The position numbers and the translations under genes were made by a program. Below are positions 29,001 through 46,584 of a stretch of DNA of 64,000 bases, piece after piece (positions within the stretch are counted from its first letter, which is position 1; the number at the start of each line of letters is the position of its first letter). The notes under the pieces were generated by a model. That model was given only the letters and a program-made list of their open reading frames with translations, was not told the DNA's origin and ran no database searches. The DNA is taken from positions 3,876,741 to 3,940,740 of the forward strand of contig OZ037768.1 of the NCBI GenBank assembly GCA_964035545.1. The letters are read 5' to 3'. The DNA comes from Bugula neritina. Lineage: Eukaryota > Animalia > Bryozoa.

Positions 29001-30042
29001 ACATATTACTATTTACTATTGGTAGAAATAGCATCAAGTGTTGGAGTGGATTTCAGACATGCTAAAGCTAAGTAGAAACTACAAAAGTAATGTTATAACG
29101 TAATGCACCTAGTTCTACTGATTAAATAAATAAATTAATTAAATTATTTTACATGTCATGCCAATTGTCACTACTCATTAAACTTAGATTAATAATTAAT
29201 ATTATAATCTTAATCTATAATTGAAATGAAACAATAAAAACGTAATGATAGTTTTAATTTTTCTTTCAGGCATACAGCTACATAAAATAAATTTATAAGA
29301 GCCATTTGTTTAAAAATAATGATTTAAAATTATATAAATTATTTAATTAGAAATACAAATACTTAAATAGATATATAATAGATGTGTGTTGAGCTAAATA
29401 CTAACAGTGCCTAGTTATACTACCATTGATTATTGTAATTATAATCATAATAACAGTAAATAGAAACGGCTATGTAGATAGTGCTACCAATAAGTGTATA
29501 ACTATAAGTATAAACTAATCACCATCAGTAATTATAAAAGTTCTTAGAGTACAAGCAATTTAACTAAATCAATTAATATTGTTCATGAATAAATGCGAAT
29601 CGCGATTATTTGTGTGTGGTTGCCCTTAGTTCTAGACTGTGAATTTATGCAGATAGACACTTTGTAGTTAAAACGTCGATCAACCTTACTGTTTCATGTC
29701 GTTGCGCAAAGTTATCTTATAACATTTATTTTATCAGCACAGGCTTTAAAACTGATGTCTTATGCTATATGCTATACTAGCCCAATTAACTAGTAACAAC
29801 TGAGCAACACCTCACTATAAAATGTCAAGGTGAAGGTTAGAGTATGCCAACAATCAACAATGGGGTGTTTTTGTTTTGGCAATTAAAGTGCATTTTCTCT
29901 TCTCAGTCTTCTGTATTATAATTAGTAGAGTTATTATGGACCAAAGTGAAATTACCCCAATATAAAGTGAATATAATTTTGAAATTATGTTGTTCGGTTC
30001 GACCAAAGATTTAATTCAAAATTATTTTTTGGTTGGCCATAG

Positions 30043-30285
30043 TGAATAGTCATACTGATACTGATAGTGATACTCATAGTCAATGTGAATGTCATACTGA
30101 TAGTAATACTCATACTGATACTCATACCGTCTCATAGTCATACTCAAACTTATAGTCAAACTTATACTTATAGTGATAGTCATACTCATAGTGTTAATCA
30201 TAGTCAATAGTCATAGGCTCCTAGTAATAGTCAATGTGAATGTGATAGTGAAACTGAAAGTGAATGTGATACTCCTACTCATGCC
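30043..30285. repeat. Degenerate 6-bp-period tract (CATACT/GATAGT/CATAGT)
   Basis: Hexamer periodicity such as CATACT GATACT GATAGT GATACT CATAGT CAATGT GAATGT. Confidence 0.8.
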
Positions 30286-30571
30286 GAGTTTCATAGACTA
30301 ACTCTAAGAGTAAGACTAAGAGTAACTGCAAGACTAAGAGGGTAAACGTAATCTTAATAAAATTCAATAGTATCATAGTATTAGTATGTCTACTTTTATT
30401 CTTATTGTAGTGATAATTACAATATTATCACTGATCCTGCACCCATTTAGTCGTTTAGTTCACTTCGCCATGTATTTCACCTAAGTTTCCACTATAATTA
30501 TGTAACTTGGAAACAGACTGTCATTGTTTTGATGGTTCTTATCTTAGCATTACTCATATATTCTATTTTAG

Positions 30572-33580
<3,009 letters not shown>

Positions 33581-35402
33581 CTATGTCTAGCAGAAGGTAG
33601 TGCTTCTGTTTTAAAACTGGTGGAAGATTACAACGAAACTGTGGCCACTGCTCATTCTTCAGGACAGCCATGTTCTCTGCATGTCTACCCCATTCCAGCT
33701 TCTACAGGAAATACTTGTATAAGCCACATATTTGTTCCATTTATTTATGTTACTCCAGCTGTTATGTTTATTACTTTGAAAGATCTGATATTCTAGCAAT
33801 ATGATATGCAGATTACACCTACTTGTGCATGTAAATATATATTAATTAATTACTAGTCACTGGTGTGCTAGTCTCTCTGTCTTTATACGCTGTATACAGT
33901 ATGATACTTTGTAATTTGAATGGCAATGCTATGTTGTTAAAGTGTGAGCTAGAAAATACTGTTATGATTTTTATTGTTATTGTTGTCAAGCATGTTTGAA
34001 ACACTACACTTTGCTGGTGTAAAGTTCTAATAACTTTTTGATGTACAGAAAGTTTTGTCATAAAGCTGGGTTGCTCTATTTTATAGAGGTGTAGTAAATC
34101 TCATGAAATAATACGTTTATGGAATTCCAGGTTTAAATTTTATTCATTTCACTGCATTTGCAAGGTTTTTGGTCAAATTAGTTGTTATTTTAATGGCTGC
34201 ATTTCAATTGAAATGGGAAAGTTTTTGTACTGCTGCATTATAACTTTTTATCACATATCCAAAATACACATAAACCTTTCATAATAAAGTTTTACAAATG
34301 ACCATTATTTTATGAGAGAGATAAATATACTTTGATTGGCCTAGTTTAAGTCATACATATGTATGTTGTGCTATCTTGTACAGTGTTTGCAAGTTGCACA
34401 GTTCAACATTGTGAATAACACCTTGCACTAATTACTGCAAGGCTATCAGGTTGCACAAACTCAGACTATGATGACCTGGGAAAAGAGTTGATTAAGGGTT
34501 CTAAAAGAGACACACACACACTTCATACAATGTGTTATTCTCATTATAAAGACTAACAAAATGTGGAATATAATACATTTGTGATATTAATGCTATACCT
34601 CGTGGACAGGAAAGGTGGCTAAATTATTAATTTAAAAGTTATATCCATGCATACTAACTGATGAAATAAACACACGAACATTTGGGTCTTCAGAAAAGTA
34701 TATGTGAATAGAAAGGCTGTTAACTGTTCTCCACATCCTTCAATATTATGCATGTCTTGGTATAATTATTATTGCATAGAGGAGATAACTTGCAATCAGT
34801 GAGGTTTTAACCTTCACAGCTTGACAGTGTGGAATGCTCATTGCACTGCAAGGTCATGCTACAGGAAATAACTAATTATTTACAGCAGCAACCACATGTA
34901 ATCTTTACATAACCAGTGCTAGCTGCTTGTAACAAGTTGAAGTATACTATCTGGGTAAGCTATGAATAACAGTTTTGTATGTAAAATGTAGGATGGTTTT
35001 TATAGATTCAAGTTAGAACAGAAGCTGGTGCTAGAATAATATTTTTAAGCTTAGTTCATTTCATTTATGCTGATATTTGAACAACATTTTCTAATAGAAT
35101 TGTATTGTTCAACTTTCTACAATAATATTTGTTGACATTCCCAAATTTATGTAATAATAATTAGGAATAATCTCCACCAGTAGCATTTTAAGGAGCATTA
35201 GTTCTGGTTGAATCAGTACAGGTTACCATAGCAATATTAGCAACCCTTATTCATGGAGCTAGTAGACATGAACGTGTAAGCTTAGAAAGTTCAAACTGGG
35301 ATATTTAGGCATTACAATATTTGTATTCTGTTGTCTTCTATGCATAACCTTATTTTCAGGTCACAACATCACTTTGTGCGAAGTATTAAAATATTTCTGA
35401 AA

Positions 35403-38271
<2,869 letters not shown>

Positions 38272-38881
38272 GATTATTTAGTTTTCAGTATATCAACAAG
38301 TGTTATATAATACCAAGAGTTAAACTTACTAGAACTACAGACTCATATTTAACACAAAACTAGTCCTAATATACTCAGCTTTGTTTACCTTTAGCATTAC
38401 TTGGATTGTTATTGTGAGAGGTTGCAGATTTTTCAATATCAGGCATTATGTGAAAGTAAAAGCATAAAATAAATAGAAAAAAGTGTGGTTTTATTTTGAA
38501 ATAATTTCTATAAAATAAATATGATGCCGAATTTTACAAATCACTGTACAAAACATAACAAACAACACATTGAGTGATCAAATTCAAGTTGTCCCGTGAG
38601 CTGAACAACCAGTAAATGTTTAAACAAACTAGACACTTTCTCACAATGAAGTTTAATATTTTTTAAATAAAAAATGAGGTGGAATTAGAAAAAACAGTAA
38701 CTTATCTCTTATGCGATTTGCCACCTGAACACATAGAGATGTTGTTAGCATATACTTGGCACAACTCAACATTTGATGGAAATGTAAGTCGGAGTTTTCA
38801 TACCATTTTAAATAAATGAGGGACATACGAAGCTGAATCCACCATCCAAGAATAAAGCTGTGGCTTATTGATAAAATAATA

Positions 38882-41800
38882 TCAATCTGCATCACGCTGT
38901 ACAGAAAGTCTCATCTGCAGAAGACTATTTATGGATGGATCCCGTCCCTTGAATCTACGAAACACCTCACCGGCCGGTACACTACCACCCAGAGCCAACA
39001 CTGTGTCCTTGAACCTGTCATAAGTAACATTTCAATCCGTAGAGTCTAGACGGACTGTAGACAGGATGCTGACCAAATTATATGATACAGTAGATGTATT
39101 CTGATGGCCAATGACTTGCAACATCACATGCATTTCTATAGCATCAGGTTTTGTGACATGGTACATGAAAGACATGAAAAACATACTCTAGTAACTCAGC
39201 CGAAAATAAACTGCATTTTTATTTTTGAGTTTTTACACTCAACTAAACAGTGTTGTAACTATATACAACCAAAATATGATGTAACTATATACAACTAAAA
39301 GATGCTGTAACTATATACAACTAAAAGCTGCTGCGTATATTTCAGAATAAGAAAAAAGAGAAGAAAACCCCAATAACCAGGAGAATAGAAGATCTCACCT
39401 CCTTCCAGTGGCTTTCAGCTCCTCCATAGAATTACATTCATCAAAAGACTTCATGATATCTGCAGCAACCATCTATCAAGAGTAAAAAAGTTGGGAAATT
39501 TATTTAGTGACAAAGGTGCTGTGGACATCAACTCTGATATGTTAAACTATCACAGACTTTTAAATGTACCCTTTGAACTATTATGATTACAATGAAATCC
39601 TATATTACACTAACAAAAATGATGTTACACTTCATAACAACTTCCTTTAGAGCAACCGGTAAAAAGAAGCCACCAGCCTCCATTTACACACTTTGCATTA
39701 TAAACACAAGCTTCTAGCCTCAGTGCAACCACTCAGAACATTATTTAAGGGGAAACTATTAACCTCTGCCCACAGAGCTGCATAGACGCCCGAGGCTTGT
39801 TTATCGTCAGCAAACACATTCACCATACTATAGGGTTTAAAGTAGCCAGGATCGAGTGGTAGTAGCATATATCTAGGCCAGAGTTGTCTCATTGCTGTAT
39901 CAAAGTGCTTCTCACTAAGAAAAAGAATCAGTACACGTATCTGTTGGTATAAATAACAGCATGGACAATAAATATGCTTCTTATGTATTCAATTCGTTAA
40001 CTAAATATGTAGATGTACAGTTTATAACTTCATTACCTTGTCCGACACTTTACAGTTTACACAATATAATAAGATACATCTCTTTGGTGTGCTAGTGCAC
40101 TAGCATACCAATATATTGTGCAGGCACACAGGGAATATACATGGTGAGCATACCTGAAGTGCATTTCCAGATCATATACGCTGTTGAATAGGGAACTCAT
40201 GAGGTTATTTGACTGCATGTGGTTGTATGCTGCAATAACATACCCATGTTTTAGCTTTAGTCAAAAGGTAGACAAAAACATGAAGAGATAGCACAGTATT
40301 CACAGTATCTTATACCACAGTGTATCGTATGATTGCCAAGGTATTCAATTTAGGTGTAAGATTTATCACAATGAATATCTATTAAATGCAGATTATCTTA
40401 TATAAATTTTGGTTATGTTAAGAATATATTAGAAATTTTATAGTGAGAAAAACCGTTGATCACAATAATAAATTTTTGAATTTTTTTGCTAGTACTATTA
40501 ATTACTAATTAGTGTGTAGTGACTAGTTTGTAATGACTAGTTTGTAGTAACTAGTAATTAGTGACTAGTATGTAGTAGTTAGTATGTAGCAGTTAGTATG
40601 TAGTAGTTAGTATGCAGTGGTTAGTATGAAGTAGTTAGTATGCAGTAGTTAGTATGTAGTAGTTAGTATGCAGTAGTTAGTATGTAGTAGTTAGTATGTA
40701 GTAATTAGTAACTAGTGACTAGTATGTAGTAGTTAGTATGCAGTAGTTAGTATGTAGTAGTTAGTATGTAGTAATTAGTAACTAGTGACTAGTATGTAGT
40801 AGTTAGTATGCAGTAGTTAGTATGCAGTGGTTAGTATGTAGTAATTAGTAACTAGTGACTAGTATGTAGTAGTTAGTATGTAGTAGTTAGTATGTAGTAG
40901 TTAGTATGCAGTAATTAGTAACTAGTGACTAGTACGTAGTAGTTAGTATGCAGTGGTTAGTATGTAGTAATTAGTAACTAGTGACTAGTATGTAGTAGTT
41001 AGTATGTAGTAGTTAGTATGTAGTAGTTAGTATGCAGTAATTAGTAACTAGTGACTAGTATGTAGTAGTTAGTAAGACAAACCTTGTATAATATTATCCA
41101 CCTCTTGTGATGAGAGCTGCTGGTTAGACTCCCAGTGACACGATAATGAGCGCATAGTATCCGGCCTCATCAGCCACATTGTGAAAAAGACAGAAGAAAT
41201 GTTCATGGCATCCCATTCTATGTTATTCTGGCCTGCCAACTCACTGTACTCGACTTTTGTGAGCAACTGCTGAAGTGTGTGGCCCATCTACATATACATG
41301 CATTAGTCAAAAGAGAGCTTGCAACTCCTTAATTTATAGCTACAAGTAGCTTAAGATATGTAACAATTGTACTATGAAGGAAGGTAATGCTTTTATCTGC
41401 CACGCAAGTGTGTAGTCATACAACACATGAATGTTATTACCTAAAGAGATACACATGCAGCAAATAAATTTACCATCAACTATAGATACTAAGAATGTAC
41501 TTCTGTTTGCAGTGTGTTTTGTTCACCAACAGCAATGAAATTCTTACTAACCATTGAGAACAAGAGAGCCACGTCTTTGACTGACATGAGTGACGGCTGC
41601 TTGCCTAAGGATGGTATTAGGTTGAGATTGAGAAATGAAATGGGTTTCCCGGTGAATGAGTCACTTTTCTCTCTACCAGTATTGATCCAGGCTCCAGCGT
41701 ACTTATCCTTTGACCTTTTATACGGATCAACATAGAACGTCGCCATCTCAGTTCCTAAAACAGTGATGGAACCCAGACTATCTGAGACTGCCTTTGACTT

Positions 41801-44800
41801 CTACAGACTTACTCTACTAAATGAAGTAAAAATGACTCACCATCTTCATCAAAGATATCAAACACCTCCACAGAAGGATGCCACGTGTCTACACTCCCTG
41901 GGGGTCTTTGCTATACATTACAAACAATACCATCCATAATACATCACCTCAATATATACATTCTCAGATTAAAATTTATTTCAGTTTATCTTAAATGACA
42001 AGACCTGTAAGTTTTAAAAGCCTGAGATGTACTTAATTCATTCAACGTTTATTATGAAATAGGAGAAAATTGTTCAAAACCATTAGCTCTTCAGTAACTC
42101 ATGTATTCGGAATTGCCATACCCTTATATTATTTTTTTCTCTTTTGTATCAAAAAAGACCAAATTAAGTCAACATGAAGCCTTTTTACATTACAGGTCAG
42201 TGTTGGCGTAACGTACCTTGATTTGCACCCCAAACAGCCCCTCACATATCTGAAACATGCCATGCAGAACGCGGGGCAACGGGAAATATTCTGAAGGTTG
42301 CAATAAATCCACTCTGTAAATGAAAGAAGAACTTAATTATAACAAGTAGCAGAGAATTTATAACAGCAAATAACACTAAAACCTGCAAGTTGTGGGCCAG
42401 ACTACACTTTGCATACGACTTGCAGCATACAAAAACATTTACCTGAAATTAGAAAAGCTTTTATATAAATTATGCTGGAAGGAAGATGCAGGTATTTACT
42501 GTGATGCCAGCCATCTACAAGCCTGGATCATGTCTGATGTACAGGAAATCAGAGTGTGTATTAAATCGGTGATTCAAATTCCAACAAAACAGCCTGTTTT
42601 ACTAAATGGAGGCTTTGAACTATTATTTAAATTTGTACGCTGAACTCACAACCAAATGAGGTGATACTATAGTTCTGTGGCACCATAAAAGTTACAAGAT
42701 ACTACACAACAGTGCACCTAGCAAAGCATGATAACTCCCCACTGCCTTCACTTACTGATAGAGGACTTCTGCCTGTTTTCTAGCCCAGTAGTTTACATCC
42801 CACATCTGTAGATCATCATCAAAACCGCGAGAGGAAGCAAACTTGTGTAAGGAGTCCAACTCCCCCTGCGCCTCTGGCTGAAATGTAGACCTCAGGCTAC
42901 AAACAGATAATTATATAACAATATAAATAATTCTACATCACACACGCACATATATAACTCAATATGTGTACAGCAGCTCTCTCAGGGTTTGTCCCTTCGT
43001 CAGCACAAAACAAATAGCAGAATGTGAACAGCAAAATATAACTGCAACAATGTAAAGGCAACCTTTTCGCAATCAGGTGTTGGTTATTTATAACTCACGT
43101 TTCAATTAATTCCATAACATTCTCAATGTTACCAGCCATCCTATGCTGCATCACCATTTCTGTATAAGAACTGTATCCAAACAGGTTTGCTATGCCTCGT
43201 CTGAAAAATATTAATAAGAGAAAAGTTAGAGACATGAATGGTACGGAAAATAAAATGTGTTTTATGATAAGAAAATTATTTATTTGGAGCTTTTAGATGT
43301 GATGCTGTGTTTGAATTTAGTAGAGGAGTAGTAGAAAATTAAAAAAATTCTGGTATAATCGTTTTTTATAGCTGTATTTATAACTAGGTTACTGATGTAA
43401 GCAATGCATTTGAACTGGCAGGTAAATTCTCGGTAATTCCCTTTGAGCTGTAGCAGAAAATACTTTAAAAACTTGTGTTCATCATCACATCACCTGTGTA
43501 CTTAATTCTTACGTTTTATAGACAGTGAGTTTAATGAGACCCCCCCCTACAAGTTAGATTAGCCTGGGAGCCCTACCTGCTGTGTCTAATACTCTCTATG
43601 GGAGGTTTGTTGCTATAACCTTCAGGATTGTGTTTCACAGAGGCAATAGAAACGAGTTCACTCCAGATCTTCTTCCTCAGCGTTCTGTCAGGACAATACT
43701 CTAGCACAGGTTTATATATGGCTGCACTGTTTACTCCAAACCGCCATGGGCCCGCCTCTGGATTCTCACTAACCAATGAGATACCAAATATTCACCAATA
43801 GAATAATGCTAGACATCATACAACATATCAAATATTCACCATTATGATAATATTACACGTCGTACAACATATCATAGTGTTATTATGTCGTCAACAATCA
43901 CCTGTTCATTGAAAGACGATTCCTGATAGCAGTGGGCATCTCACGAACGGCTGCTTCATCATACACGGTTTCTTGTGATATTCTCGATGAGAAATAGACC
44001 GACATTCTATGTTATATATTACAAATATATTATGATAGCAACATATAACATTATTATATAATATTATAATATAGTTTACAACATAATAGTAACATAACTA
44101 CAGCTCAATGTTTAACAACATTATAATATATTAATAGTAATATAATGCGTTTTATGTAATCTATTTATAGTAATACATCACATTTAGTATATAATGAAAT
44201 ACCAATATGACATGTAATTCTTTTTAAAATACTGTTTTTTTTAATATATTCAGCACAAAAGTTAAATTTTAATGACTTGAAGTGACATAGAGTAACACAG
44301 CATAATACATGTCAACTGTATAGCATAGTGAACTGCTGGCAGCAGAGTAGCGTACTACATGTCAACACTGGCAGCATACTGAACTAAACTGCTAGCACAC
44401 CTAAACTGATCCTCTCTGTGAGCCAATTCTCCGAGGTGAGCATTAAACACGTCTAAATTCTTCCCGGTCAGCTCCACGCCGGCATGTCTCGCCTCCCGGA
44501 GGTACATGTTGACCATCGTCTGCTGAACTTCGGTTAGTGAATTTGAGTCTGCGTTCAATTCCTTCAAGAAAACCAACTTTATTTACCAGAACCGTTAGTA
44601 TTATCTAATATATGAGTAGAAGCTACAACACCATCAATGTAAGTAGTTGCACATTGCAATGGTAAGCAAACCTTTATTCTATGGTAGAGAACACTATTCT
44701 GAAATCTTTCAGCACGGCTTCTATGTACATGCTTGAATATCTGAAAGCATGGGAGTTTTAATTATTGTACAAGTTTCAACAACTTAAAATCATTAACGCA

Positions 44801-46320
44801 ATTTTAAAAACCAGTTATAAGTGTTAAGAATATAATTAGCTAGAGCTCTAAAAATTAGGTTGTTCATAATCCATATGTAAATAAAGTGGGAAACATACTC
44901 CTTCAAATGCATCACTGAAGTTTTTCTTTTTTACTGTACTGAGATGTTTCACACATTTATACGCATGCATCAATGGTACAGACACCTCTTCAATTGGTTT
45001 GAATACATCATCGAATGTTACCGGCTGCCCGAGATCTAGATAACAAAAAAGTTAACAGTTTATTAATTTTGTTGACAAAATACCGACAACCTAGCCTAAA
45101 AGTTCTCATAACTACTAAGTAAACTGCTTTCAATTGAAAAAACTAAATAATTATTAAACTTAGAAACAAATTAGCAGGGAACTAGAGTTAACTTTTGACT
45201 ATTATATAACGCATAGAGAAATATAAACTTAACTCTTTCGTATATAATGTTGTCTATAAGCTAAAAATTACTGACATATAATTTACCTTGAAGCTTTTCG
45301 CAGTGTTCACCTAATTTGGTTTCATATAATATAGCGAGTTTACCACATGCTCGATATACGTTAGCAGGTGTTACTTTAGACCATTCAGGTAATGCATTTA
45401 CATTCATTAATGTATTAGTTTCAGCTGTATCTGGAGGTACTTCTGGTAATCTGAAAATATTCATTTTGAGTTAAATTTAATGGCTTTCAAAAATCTTCCT
45501 TTTCCGCAAACATTTGCATGCCTGTCAACCAACTGCATACATATAGTTATGCATAACTTACCAAGTAAATAATAATTAGAGTCTACAATTACATTCGCAT
45601 AATGCTACAGATGAATCTTTAAATTCGCTATTATCTATCTCCATATTTTATAATAATAATAATATTGGGACATGGTAGGTGTCAATGATACATATCGTGT
45701 TATTTTTAAACTAAACTGTTTAATATAACTGATCATCAATGGATCAAATATGTTTTATTGTTTAGTTTCACCATATCAATCGTCATCTTAACCTCAAGCC
45801 CGATGCTGGTCAACATCAGCTCATAATTATGCATAATTTATGCATAAAGATGAAGATCAGCACCAGTAACTGTAAGTGAGTATCACTATCAGTATGAGTA
45901 TCAGTATGACATTGACTGACTGAGTGATAATAATAATTAAACTTAAAGGCGCCCAGTTATTGTTAAAAGCCAAAGGGCAACATCTAAATATGATTATGAT
46001 TAGTTAAAGTTAGTAACACTTACACTAACAGTAAGTGTAACTGTACCCGACAAATGACAACTCAATCTGAATTACTGTCAGTGTCACAATCATAATCATA
46101 ATGACAACTCTTCAACTTCAAGTTTACAAAAGACTAAATTATTTATTGCTACATAATTGAGCACAAAATAGGCACTATGTTGTTCTGTTGAACATACTTA
46201 CAATACATATGTGCAAGTTGCATTGGTTCGACTACATCTAAATGCTGTAGGACGTTTGCAATGGTGTAGAAAAACATTTGGCCGCATTAGGCATTTATGT
46301 AATTGCATGGAGGCTGACAT
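38882..46320 (-). CDS. Oligopeptidase A-like protein (peptidase family M3A), ~732 aa, predicted catalytically inactive, mitochondrial-type N-terminus
   Basis: 17 exons: 46320-46202, 45450-45287, 45035-44899, 44740-44672, 44561-44401, 44006-43902, 43768-43577, 43200-43099, 42896-42756, 42313-42217, 41910-41841, 41754-41552, 41287-41083, 40229-40154, 39914-39764, 39472-39399, 39014-38882 (2199 nt, open). OpdA-like blocks: GPWRF, DRTLRKKIW, WDVNYW, EYFPLPRVLHGMF, WHPSVEVFDIFDEDG, FYVDPYKR..K..GAWI, LWAEMVAAD, GRRFKDTVLALGGS...EVFRRFKGRDPS. Confidence 0.9.
40500..41074. repeat. 14-bp minisatellite (TAGTATGTAGTAGT) with higher-order punctuation
   Basis: Runs of 14-mers separated by a recurring AATTAGTAACTAGTGAC unit. 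Confidence 0.97.
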
Positions 46321-46584
46321 TTTTATTTTATGAATTGTAGTCTTCGAAGTGCTCGTGGAAACTTCGATCAGTTTTTATCGTTTTAAGCTTTTAAAACGAC
46401 ATAGCTGTAACCAAACAGGTCTACGGCTTGCCAATCAGTGAGCGTTTAGCAAGATGCCGCGCCCCCATAAACTTTCCAGTTTCCGGTATACACCAACAGT
46501 TGACAGCCAAGAACGAAACTTTCTCTTTGAAAAAGAAAATAATCAGCTTCTTTTTGTCACCATTTGTAAAACGCAGCAATAATA
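46321..46584. promoter_or_regulatory. Putative bidirectional promoter between the M3-like gene and GNPTG
   Basis: Only 264 nt separate the two divergent ATGs. The interval is CpG-enriched relative to its flanks and has CCAAT (46431), GCCGCGCCC (~46456) and an ETS-like TTTCCGGT (~46480). Confidence 0.6.

Noticed and set aside
26024-29700. N-terminally extended (nuclear myosin I-like) isoform from upstream exons
   Set aside because: An acceptor precedes the ATG exon, but the candidate upstream donors I checked (~27582, ~29689) give a stop-containing or out-of-frame leader; probably 5' UTR.
30022-30207. ORF with MTITIS/YEYQY repeats
   Set aside because: Product of the hexamer-period low-complexity tract; no splice or homology support.
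38882-46320. Calling the M3 gene a pseudogene
   Set aside because: No frameshifts or stops across 17 exons, canonical splice sites, and the notable losses fall on catalytic residues.
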